From Octopus sinensis (lineage: Eukaryota): a DNA stretch of 64,000 bases. Every line of letters starts with the position of its first letter. Position 1 is the stretch's first letter. The notes below the pieces were generated by a model. The model saw only the letters and a list, made by a program, of their open reading frames with translations. It searched no databases and was not told the origin of the DNA. The translations under genes were made by a program, and so were the position numbers. The stretch is taken from assembly GCF_006345805.1 (NCBI RefSeq), contig NC_043005.1, positions 49,166,001-49,230,000 on the forward strand. The letters run 5' to 3'. Positions 37,450 to 50,700 of the stretch are shown here, piece by piece.

Positions 37450-38136
37450 ATCACGTGACCGACCAGACCATCAGATGTTGTTAAACATCGCTGGTCACAA
37501 TGCGTCCGCATTGTTTTAGCCTTCGAATGACGCCACCCCGCTGGCTAAGCGAGCAGGCCAACAGAAGAATGAGTGGGAGAAAGAGTGGTGAAAGAGTACA
37601 GCAGGGATCACGACCCCCTGCCGGAGCCTCGTGGAGATTTTAGGTGTTTTCGCCCAAATAAACACTCACAACGCCCGGTCTGGGAATCGAAACTGCGATC
37701 CTACAACCGCGAGTCCGCTGCCCTAACCACTAGGCCATTGCGCCTCCACATATATAACTGGAATAAGCCCATTATATATATATATATATATATATAATGG
37801 GCTTATTCCAGTTTCTATCTACCAAATCCACTCAAGGATTTGGTTGACCTGAAGCTATAGTAGAAGACACTTGACAAAAATGCTACACAGTGGAACTGAA
37901 TCCAAGACCATGTAGTTGCATAGTTGGGAACTAAGCTTTTAAATTACACATCCAAACCTATGTCGTGTGAGTGTGTGTGTGATGGGCGTCTCCCAAATCC
38001 ACCTACAACACTTTGGTTGCCCCAGAACATTACAAGACATTTGCCCAAGGTACCATGCAGTGAGACTGAACCCATGATCACATAGCTGGAAAGCAAACTT
38101 CTCAACCGCACAGTCATACCTGCCCTTTTATATATA

Positions 38137-38168
<32 letters not shown>

Positions 38169-39406
38169 GTGAGAGAGAGTGTGTGAATGTGAGAGTGAGA
38201 GAGAGAGATCATTAAGAAAAGAGTAAAAAAATAAAGTCAGAAATGCATCATCATCGTTGTTGTTTAACATCAACTTTTCCATGCCTGCATGTGGAATTTG
38301 TTGAGGTCGGATGCCTTTCATGCTTTGGCTAGGAGCAGGTTTACTGAGAAGCTCACATATGTGGACAACCCCCAAACACCATATTTTCATCCCAAAAGGA
38401 TTAGAAGAAAAATTATATGGTATAACCCCACTTCAACCAAAAAGTTTCCAGCAATGTAGCTCGGGGCTTCCTGTTGCTAAACAAGAAACACTTCCCCAGA
38501 GGCCATAACTATTACAAACTCTTCTACCCCCATGTCAAGATGAGCTACTCCTGCTTAGAAAAAAATCACATCTAACATTGTATGCATCAACAGACGTAAA
38601 TATGCACCCACACCACCCAACCTTAACATGCAACTGCTGTAACCCTACTATGTGCCCTCTGGAAGGATCTTACCTATCAAGGGCCATAGTATACAGAGCC
38701 ACCCTTGCACCATCCGATGGCATTACTAGGCATTATACGGGTATGACAGCTAATGACTTCATGGGAAAATAGTCCCAGCATTTGCACTCGTTCAGATCCA
38801 GGGAAAGAGAGAACTCTACTTCCCTGTTACATTTCCTCTGGAGACTCCACGATCTCTAAAATAAAATACCCAGCATCAAGTGGACTATTGTCAAGAGAGC
38901 GCCACTATATTCACCCAGTGCCCCAACTACCACTCTGCTTCCACGAAAACTCCACTTCCTCCAACAACCCGTAGTATCTATCAATAAAAAATACGATTTA
39001 TCGTATTGCTGTCAGCAGAGGTATGCTCTTCTGGCAAATTTCACACCTCTGACTGCTGACAACCCAGATATACCACCTTAGTACCAGCTGCTACCCTGCA
39101 CTGCTTGCACCAAGGTCACCACTACCAACGAACCTCATGAGCAGAACAGCCATTTCCCAATCCCCAACGTTTACCAACCCCCAATGCTTGTTTTGCATGT
39201 GCATACTCACACATGTGCAAATGCACATCTGCACACACATGCATGTGCATATACTTTAGTCAAGCAAATTGACTCCATGACTTATTCTTTGTAAGACTAT
39301 CAGTTTCTATTGCCAAACCTCTAAGTCACAGAGACATAAACACACCAACATCGGTTTTCAAGCAATGGTGGGGGGACAAATAGAGACAAATACATATATA
39401 TGCATA

Positions 39407-39468
<62 letters not shown>

Positions 39469-41102
39469 TACATATGATGGGCTTCTTTCAGTTTCTGTCT
39501 ACAAAATCCAGTCACAAGGTTCTGGTTAGCCTGAGGCTATAGTAGAAGATAGTTGCCCAAGGTGCCATGCAGTGGGACTGAACCTGGAACTATGTGGTTA
39601 GAAAGCAAGCTTCTTACCACACAGCCACTCCTGCACCTATGTGTATGTGTGTGTGTTGTGTATACACAAGTTACTCCAGCTTGGTTGGTAAAAGCATATT
39701 GAAATAACTGAAATAAATCTTTATTTTAGGTTTGATTAATCAATCTTTCAACATTTTGCAATTCATCTTTCTCAAGAAAGTAGCTAATAATGTTAACTCA
39801 CATTTCGTCTAAGAATTTATAATCTTGTTCACTGCTTCGTAAAGCTATCATTGCAGCAAGTTTTTCTCCATTCTCACAAAGAAACATGGTAGTGTCCATC
39901 ATCACATCTCGTACAGGAATAGAATTTAACTGGAAATTAGTAAATGACATTGCAAAGTCAAACTCAAGCAAAATAATAAAGCATTTTATAAAAAAAAAAA
40001 ATGAAAAAAGGAAACAAAAAAAACTAACTAATCTACAGGAAATAATATGTCCTAAAGAGACTATGTAGTCATTCAACCTGCTAGTTAAATATTGGTGTTG
40101 ATGTTATCATCTAACCTCTTACTCTAAAAGCTGCTGACCTTGTACCTTAATTAGAAACAATTTCTAAAACTATATGGTCATCTCATATTTTGGGCCCATA
40201 TAACACCAACTTACCTTGTCTGTCAGGTTAAAGTGTCTCAAAAATTTATTGAACAGTTCATGCAAGTTTAATTTTTTCTCTAATTGCTTCAATATCAGGT
40301 TGGAGCTTTTATAGCCAAAATCTTGAACTGAAAATATAAATATAAAAGAAAATAAATTAGGAATTAATACACAGGATAATTATGACTTAAAATTGATATC
40401 AAAATACTAATTTATCAGTAACCCTGCAGGTGCTGGCACCACATAAAAAAAGCACCTGTGCTGGAGCCATGTAAACAGCACCCATGCTGACACAACATAA
40501 AAAGTACCCAGTACACTCTGTAAAGTGGTTGGTTTTAGAAAGGACATCCAGCCATAAAAACCATACCAAAACAAATGGACTAGAACCCGGTATAGCCCTC
40601 TGGCTTGCCAGCTCCTGTCAAACTGGCCAACCCTTGCCAGTATGGAAAAATGACATTAAATGATCACAGCAATGACTCTTCTGGAAGTAATTATCAGCTA
40701 ATATTCAATTACATATATAAGAGATGTCTATTGGAAAGGTATGTTGTTGTTGGATAATCCCAGGTCATCACACTGGCCGAACAAAAGTATGATTAAAGGC
40801 ATTTCAGTATGACCTAATTATCTTCTTTCACTTGTTTCAGTCATTTGACTGCGGTCATGCTGGAGCACTGCTTTCAGTCAAACAAATCAACCCCAGGACT
40901 TAAAAATTATAAGCCTAGTGTCTCTTTTGCCAAACCGCTAAGTTACGGGGACGTAAATACACCAACATCAGATGTCAGACAATGGTGGGGGGAACAAATA
41001 CAGATACACAAATACATTGGAAAATTCATAGCATTGAAATGGTTAGAAACTGCTGTTCTATACAACTGTGGTTGTTTAACTCCTTGGTGATATATATATA
41101 TG

Positions 41103-41142
<40 letters not shown>

Positions 41143-44100
41143 CATGGAGTTAAACAACCACAATTGTATAGAACAGTAGTTTCTAACCATTTCAATGCTA
41201 TGAATTTTCCAAAGACTGCAGGCTTTTGAAAGGCCTATCTACCCAACAAATTTTGAACTCAAATCATGGACCCTGCTATATTATCTTTGTAGATTCCCAG
41301 AGATCAAAAGACCCCTACATTGAGAACAGCTGATACAGAGAAACAACAAACCTGATCCTTTAGAAGATTCAGCCCATCGTGGGTCAGAAGACGGATAGTC
41401 ATCAACAATGGACAAGCTGGTTTGAGCAATAATAGTATCCAGTTCGGAAGTTTTAACTGGCAACACTTTAGTTTCATTGGTCTCCATTTCAAATTCTTGA
41501 TTCATGTATGAAGGAAAAGCTCTTGTTAAAAGTTCTTCAGTTTTTTTCTGACAAAAAATGCAAATATACAATCATTTTGAAATCCCAAATACATGTAATC
41601 ACAAGAATTTTAGGTAGAGCTTTATCAATCTGAATTATAGGATTTAAAGAACTATTTACATCATCCTGAAACAAAACTGAATTTTAAAATAAAAGCAAAT
41701 GAACTGTAGAGTAATAAATAATTGTTAAGATATGAAGGCTTACTATTTTTTTATGGCAATATGCAACAAATGCAGCTGTGAAGATACTCTGCAATGAATT
41801 ATCACCAGTTGTAGACTCCTGTAAAATGAAAAGAATACATTCAAATTAAAAATTTGTATTTGACTGATAATATTTCATAAAATTTCTTTGAGAAATGGAG
41901 AAGAAAAGTCACTTAACCTTTTAGCATTCACATTACTCTTTCAAATGTAATTACTTATTAATATTGATCATCATCGTTTAACATCAGTTTTCTATGCTAG
42001 CATGGGGTGGACGGTTCGACCGGGGTCTGGGAAGCCAGGAGGCTGCACCAGGCTCCAGTCTGATCTGGCAATGTTTCTACAGTTGGATGCCCTTCCTAAC
42101 ACCAACCACTCCATGAGTGTAGTGGGTGCCTTTTACGTGCCACTGTCACAGAGGCCAGAGGAGGCTGTCAATGGCCATGATCAGTTGGTGCTTTTTACAT
42201 GATCATCCATTATCTCAGTTTCAAGATTTTAATGATATGATTGTTTATTTTTAAAATGACATTGTAGGGTAGGTGTGAGAGGCCAGATCTAGCTGGTTTG
42301 AAGATAAACCATGTAGAATATTTGGGCCGGTTGTAGCTGGTCTAAATGCAAAAGGGTTAAATATGTTAATACTTTCTTGGAGATAGTGGAGAAGAAAAAT
42401 AACTGAAATACATAATACTTTCAATAGAGTATAATCCTATCATAAAACAATTTCATTTATTTTGTGTATGATAAAAACTATAATTTAAATACATTTTATA
42501 CTCATAGTAACAGACTGGATCATCTTTTATAAATATAACTGTAATATCTCATAGTGGAGGCGCAATGACCCAGTGGTTAGGGCAGCGGACTCATGGTCGG
42601 AGGATCGTAGTTTTGATTCCCAGACCGGGTGTTGTGTGTGTTTATTGAGCGGAAACACCAAAAGCTCCCCGAGGCTACGGCAGGGGGGGGGCGACCCCTG
42701 TTGTACTCCTTTGCCCCAACTTTCTCTCACTCTCTTCCTGTTGGGGGGGGGGGGCACATACACCACAGAAACCAAGAAACTGGGCCCACGAGCCCAGCTA
42801 GGCTTGAAAAGAGCACATAAATAAATAAATAATATCTCAAAACATAGAATGTGACTTACTTCTATTTCAAAAACGGGCTCTGAATCAACACTATAAAATA
42901 TAAAATGAAAAAAATAAAATATTACAAAATATTTCATACACAATATCTATTTTAAAATATTGGTCACAAGCTAATGACTGCAACTGGTAAAAGAACAATG
43001 CAAAAAGTAGTTTAAATGATACAATGAAACATTTTTGTTCTTACTAAACAACAGAAATAACAATGGTCTTTCAAAGACTTAAGAAACATTTACCGATCTT
43101 ACAATAACTTTCAGTAGTGATAGGCACAACCAAAATTACACATTTATCCTTGATGCACTACATGAAGTTAGTGTTAGCTAATGGTCCAACTCCTATATAT
43201 TAGGTGGAAATATTCATTGCACACTAAACTGACAAACAAGGAAAGAAAAACTGAAGTGAACCAACCCAAAGTTTTGCTGGTTTGATAGCTTTGAGACAAG
43301 TAGTATTCCACGATGAGCAGAGAAGAGAAGAGGATTGCAATCATATCTGCCTGAAAAACAATAAAAATATATTTTATTATAAGAAATTTATGTTATATCT
43401 GACAATTGCTAATGAACTGTCTCAATTCATAATACAATTATAAATTTTCAGACTATTAATCTATTAGGTATGACTGTGCAGATGTGGATGACAGAAACAT
43501 CCGGACCAGAGTCACAACATCTGATTCAACAAAGCTCATGCTGTTGAGTGAAAGTTTTATCTACATTGGTGGGTGGCCCTAAGGCAGCTCTGGTGTCACA
43601 GTAGAAGGGGCCAAAACACTACAGGTGCAAGTGTGGCTGTGCAGCTTATATACATACATATATATATATATATATAATACAAAATGGGACAAGAACGCAA
43701 AACATCCAGACAACTAGGTGATACAAAAAGGGACAACAAAACATCCAGATAGACGATACAAAAAAACAAGGATGGGTCATTCAAAGTTTTTTATCCTCAG
43801 TCAAGAACAGGATTATCCTCGCAATTTTGGCTGATTAATCTTGAGATTGCTTCAATCTGGCCAGCCCCAAGGAAAAACTAAGCTAAGAGCATTAGATTCC
43901 TTGGAAGAAAGCATTAAATGTATATGAAAACAAGGATGGAAAAACAGACTATGTTACACGAATATAAATACAAAATACAACAAAAAATATTAAAATAATA
44001 ATAATAATAACAGGACATGGGTGGGGTATCCTTGCCTTGGACATCATGTGATGGTTGTAAATGAGCATCACCATCACCATCATATGAGCAATGTTGTCTA

Positions 44101-44670
44101 TCTGTTTTCAGTTTCCCAGGAAAAACATAAACATGTCCGGCCATGGAGAAATATTACCTTGCCTGAAAACAGATGAGGGTTGGCAGCAGGTAGGGCATCC
44201 AGCTGCAAAAATTTGTCTCACCCATACAATCATGGAAATGGTGGATATATGATGATCTCATCTTTAGAGATGAAAATTAATATATACTATTTACAGCTAT
44301 GCTATATTTCAATTATTTGCATTGCATAAGTGTTAGTCACCTAGCAGAGAACAATAATATTATTCTTCATTTAAAAGTACAGATACCTAGATTGAATTCA
44401 GTCTCATGCTACATACACATCTGCTATAATCCTTGCAATGTTGGATTGTTGTAATGCCCACTTTAGCATTCAGTGTACTTAGTAAAACTAGTAAAGTTTG
44501 GGAGTGGCACTTCTTCACACATCTCTCCTCATCCATCTGTAGTACATGACCATACCAGCGCAAACGTCTTTCCTGCATTCCACATCCGATGCTTCTTATG
44601 TCCAACATTTCTCTCAGGGTGCATACACTGTCGTGCAGGCACACTGACATTACACATCCAGCAGATCATG

Positions 44671-44706
<36 letters not shown>

Positions 44707-47700
44707 TACATACATACGATGGATTCTTTCAGTTTACATCCACCAAATCCAATCAACAAAGTTTTGGCTGGCTCTGGGCTACAGCAGAAAATACTTGTCC
44801 AAAGTGTCACACAGATGGATTGAACCCAAAACCTAATGGTTGGGAAATAATCATAATCATTTAACTATAATGTTCTCAAATGTTTATGGAGCAGTCAAAA
44901 GAGTGAAACAGCAGAAATCTAAAAAGCTGATATTTTCAATAGTTTAATTTCAATCTAAATTTACTTTCACTACCATATACTAAGTTAGGCTTATACAATA
45001 TTGCTTTGCCTACCATATTTTCTGGCATATAAGTCAATGTAGTATAAACATTCAATCAACATCACTGCCTTTCCAAATTCTGCAGCATTTCACAAGGAAT
45101 TTTTGGTCTTCCAATGTCATCTTGGTGTATATGTCAGCCTATCATTTTTGGCTGAAGATTCTGGTTTGGAAAATTCAACTTGTATACCAGGAAATATGGT
45201 AAGGATATAACACAAATGGGTGCAAAATTCAAATTTCATACTAAGTGAACAAGAGTTTACATAGAAACCTGGCTATTTAATCTTTTATGTAATCATTCAT
45301 TTGGCTTGAGAACTTATTACTGTATATGTTTACGCTAAATATTTATGTACTTACCAACTCCAAGAATCTGATCTCCAGGACGGTTGAAGTCTACAGTTTC
45401 TGAAGGGAAATTTTGATCCACTGAAAAGAAAGGAAAGAAAGAAATAAGTGGTTCTGATTTAGGCACAAGGCCTCGAAATAACTGTTTTTAACATAAGCAT
45501 AAGCACTGAAATCTTGAGAAAAGAGTATTAGTCGATGCCATCAGTGCCAGTATTTGGATGGTACTTCCTTTTATTGGCTGCTAAAAGATGAAGGGCATTG
45601 TTGACTTTGATGAGATTTGAAGCCCGAATGTAAAAAAACCCACCAGAATAAATGCTACATGGCATTGCTACCAATGCTTTGACAGCTCTGCCAATCTAGC
45701 ATCATCATTCAATGTCCATTTTCCATGCTGGCATGAGATGGACGGTTTGACAGGTGCTAGCAAGCTGGAGAGCTGCACCAAGCTCCAATTGTCTGCTCTG
45801 GCATGATTTCTACAGCTGGATGCCCTTCCTGTCAATCACTTCACAGAGTGTACTGGGTGCTTTTTAAGTGGCACCAGCACAGGTGCTTTTTACATGGCAA
45901 ACAGATTTAATAGAAATGTCATACTTGTTTCAGTCATTTGACTGGGGCCATGCTGGAGCACTGCCTTTTAGTTGAAGAAATCGATCACTGGACTTATTCT
46001 TTGCAAGCATAGTACTTATTTTAATAAACCAAGTTATGGGGATGTAAACACACCAACATTGGTTATCAAGCGATAGGGAGGGAGACAAACACATACATGT
46101 ATATATATGACAAGCTTTTTTCAGTTTCCACCTACCAAATCCACTAACAAGGCTTTGGTTGGCCCAAGGCTGTAGTAGACGACACTTGCCCAAGAGGCCC
46201 CACAGTGGGACTGAACCCAGAACCACATGGTTGGGAAGCAAGCTTCTTACCACACAGCCGCTCCTGTCTAACATTTAAAAGATTATAAATACTAATGAAG
46301 TTAAAGGTAATTACTACAAATCATTAAGGAAATGCTTTTAAATATCCTAAAGAATAAAACACATACTTACATGAAATACAATGAGCTTGAGTCTTGCTGT
46401 AAATCAATGCATGATCTCCTTCAACATTTGAGACCAAGAGATGATAGCCAAGGATGTGGTCTTCATTAGATTCCTAATGTAATACACAATATTACCACAA
46501 AAATATATATAAAAAAAGCATTATTTTAACAGGGTGCATGAACTATTTCCTCAACGTAATAATTGAAATAATTTTTAAAAAATATCAAATATGTATACTA
46601 ACTTGCCACATTTCAACATGCTCCAAAACTGTTAATGATTCTAACTCCATAGGCTCGCTAGTTTCCTGAAGACACAGTGAACCTGTAAAGATAAAAGATC
46701 ACAAGTAACAAAAAAAATTCTGGTAAAATACAGAAAAAAAAGTTACTGAAATATTAGTATGAAGACAGAGGTATGGAGGAAAAGATGGTGATTAGAGACG
46801 GATGTTTTTTGCAACTTCTGAAAGAAACAGAACAAAATAATTTGGGTAGTTCCCATAGATTGGATGGATTTTCTGAGGCAGAGTTTTATGACTGGAAACT
46901 CTTCTTGTTGTATCAAGTATATAAAACTCTGTTTTCCATGCTTGCATGAGTTGGACAGTTTGACAGGAGCTGGCAAACCAGTGCTGCACCAGACACCAGC
47001 TGTCTGTTTGGCAAGATTTCTGCAGCTGAAAGCCCTTCCTAATACCACTTTTTACAGAGTGAACTGGGTGCATATTATGTGGTACCAGCACAGGTGCTTT
47101 TTACATGGCATATCTTAAAATTTTTTTTTTTAATTTCTGCTATAGGTACAAGGCCTGAAATTTGGCAGGGAGGGGGAAGTCAATTACACAGACTCCAATA
47201 CTCCACTGGTACTCATTTTATCGACCTCGAAAGGATGAAAGGCAAAATCAACTTTGGTGGAATGTGAACTCACAATATAAAACCAGAAATGCCACTGACC
47301 ATATTGTCCAGCATGCTAACGATTCTGTTAACTCACCACCTTGTTTGTATCTTAATATAAAGAACAAACATATATACAGCAAAACACTGTTTGACAGTAA
47401 AGGTTGGTAAGACAGAAACAAAAAAAAAAAAAAGGGAATACAGTATTAGAAGAGTTTCGTTGGTACAATAGGATTATTTGAAGTAAACCATCCAAACATG
47501 GCCATTGCCAGCACCGCCCCGACTGGCCTCTGTGCCGGTGGCACGTAAAAAGCACCATCCAATCATGGCCGTTTGCCAGCCTTGTCTGGCACCTGTGCAG
47601 GTGGCACGTAAAAAGCACCCACTACACTCACGGAGTGGTTGGCGTTAGGAAGGGCATCCAGCTGTAGAAACACTGCCAGATCAGACTGGGCCTGGCGCAG

Positions 47701-50700
47701 CCTTCTGGCTTCCCAGACCCCAGTTGAACCGTCCAACCCATGCTAGCATGGAAAACGGACGTTAAACAATGATGATGAATGTTGCTTTTCTTCCTTTAGA
47801 ATTTCTACAAATAGTTTATAATGATTACCATTTCCCCTGTTAATTCCACTACTTATACTAAGAATTCCACTATAAAATGAAAACCTTAATGTAAAAATGC
47901 TGATAAAAATCACGATTTATTTACCAACAGCATAATGGACGACATTTCTCACTTCCGGATTCATAGCAGCAGCCAATATAACCACACCAAAACTGAAATT
48001 AATAAGAATTTTTAAAAATCAATTCAAGCTAATTAAACAAATGAAACAAGACACAAATAACTATATTGGTCACATAAACTGTTTTTACAAAGTTGCCAAA
48101 ATTTAACAAACCCAACTCAAGTTACCTATCCCTTTTGTAACAAGTCTAATGTAAAATAAATGTGTTTTCTTCGGTCACTGATCTGATATAGTGTTCAAAG
48201 GAAATTATTATTTCTCTTGCTTTTTGAATAAAAAATATCTGGAACTTAGGCAAACAACAGCAAAAGATTACAAATATCTAATAAAATTTAAGTACATAAT
48301 TTAACACAAAGTTTAATAAATAAAGTTTACAGTTTATAGTCTTCTTACTATAAATAGTGAATTCTCATAAAACATTATCTATATTTGAACTAGTTTACTT
48401 GTGCTAGGAAGAACAAGTTATGACTAAGCATATAAAAAAAAGTGATATGAGTATTAAGTGTATATAAACAAAAGTAATTTTGCAAAGGATGGAATTTTAA
48501 ATGTTGTCCCCTATTCTGGACTCTGACATTTCCAATTTGAAAGTAATTCGATCAGAAGACAAGAAAAAGAAAGACTAGCAACAAATACTTACGAAGTGAG
48601 CTGCAAATCCAGAAGCCAGATATTTAACTGAGGCAATCTGGTGACATCTTGGTTCTGAAAGCAAAAAGAAAGCGTAAGGTAATTTTAAATTCAAGGAAGA
48701 AGCTTAATCTAAAAGTCTGCCAAGATATGTTGGTTTCAAATTTTGGCACAAGGCCACTAATTTCGGGGGAGGGGGGGTAGTTGATTACATCAACCCCAGT
48801 GCTCAAATGATATTTATTTTATCAACCCAGAAAGAATGAAAGGCAAAGGTGACCTCAGTGAAATTTGAACTCAGAACATAAAGACAGACAAAATGTTACT
48901 GAGCATTTCATCCAGTAAGCTAACAATTCTGTCAACTTGCCATCTTATCTGCAGAGATGTATTAAGAGAAGAGAGAAATTCATATCATCATCACCCTTTA
49001 ACATCCACTTTCCACACTGGCAAGCCAGAGAGTTGGGCCAAGTTCCAGTCTGATTTGACTTCGTTTGTACAGCTGGATGCCCATCATAATGCTAACCACT
49101 TTACAGTACATGCTGGGTGCTTTTAATGTGGCAAAAGCATGAAAAATATAGGCTATAAACTTTAGAGAAGAGAAAGCGACTTGGTAGCTGTGTATTGAAG
49201 CATTTGAAAAATATTAAATTGATCAATACAAAATGTTTTAAAAGGCTCCAATGGTCAAAACACAACTCTAACAATGAATATATTACCATCATCATCATTT
49301 AACATCCGCCTTCCATGCTGGCATGGTTTGGACAGTTTGGCAAGACCTGGCAAGCCAGAGAACTATGCCAAGCACTACTGACTGTTTTGGCATGGTTTCT
49401 ATGGCTGGATGCCCTTCTTAACATCAACCATTTTACAGAGTGTATTGGGTGCTTTTTACATGGCATCAGCAGGGTCACCATGTAACCTTGCAAGACAGGA
49501 CAAAATCTCCTTGACTGGGAGGAGTAGTATTGAGGAAGGTGGCTTGCTGTAGAAAAGATATAAGGATATCTGTGCAAACAAAAATATAAACAGCAACAAT
49601 AATCTTCCAAGTTTTATAGATATTTATGCTTACCCATATTTTTTTAGCCAGCTGTATTCGAAACAATCGTTCAACATTGGACTGAAAGAGTAACTGGAAT
49701 GAAAATTAAGAAAAATCTAGATAAAAAAAAACATTTTCAACAGTGAAAACAATAACATATTCATTGAAAATAAATCTGCTTTTCTTTTCTTGAAAATATT
49801 GCAAATATTTATATTTTACCAACCAGTGCTTTACCAAATAATTCAAAGATTATATTGAATTATTTAATCTATGTCTTTGGTGTTCTTTACCGACAGAATT
49901 TAAATCATAATTAAACAGTATTTGTTAAGAAGAATCAGAGACTATTCAGAATATGAGACATGTTTAACAGGACTTGGTTTTATGAAAGATGCCAAATTTA
50001 AAAAGTTTACATGGCAGCTTTAATAAAAGGGAGCTTAGGGTTTTAGATCAATGTTTAACATAATACAGTGTTGTAAGCTACTCAGGTGAAAACAAAGACA
50101 TTCCTATGTCAGTGTTTCCCAACCAGGGCTTCCAGAATCTTAGAATCAGCTAAATATAGTAATAAATAAGCTAATTATATGTAAGTTATTTTTGAGCTAT
50201 CATTGTATTCTATAGTAGAAGACACTTGCCCAAAGTGCCACTCTGACTTTAAAATAAAATAAGAGCTAAAAAAAAGTTTAACATAGAAGAAAAAAAGAAA
50301 TTTTAATAGTTTACAGTTTCTGTATTATTGGCAGCCATAGACCATTTTTGGAGGACATTTCCTGAGAGAACATAGAAGAAACGATCTTTGCCCAATTCAT
50401 AATCATCATCAGCTATTAATGCATGAAGAGCCTGTAATGAAAAGTAAATATATAAAAATAGAAATGTAATCATCAAATGATATAGAAGTGGAATCCCAAT
50501 CTGAAACAGAAAATTTTCAAAATGATTCATTTTGCTTTTGCACATGCAGTAATATTCAATAAAACTTAAGTATATTATCAGCTAGACTTTAAGGTTAGAT
50601 TAGAGCAGTCATGGGTAAATTGTGACCTGCAGGACTCTGAATGGCACACCTAATAAAAAATTACCTTGAATTATTATTTTTTTTAAGTAGTGTTGTAACC

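Noticed and set aside
43470-43525. Pseudoknot-like pairings suggesting an HDV-like ribozyme
   Set aside because: No P1.1, no P4, wrong P3 size; compatible with chance
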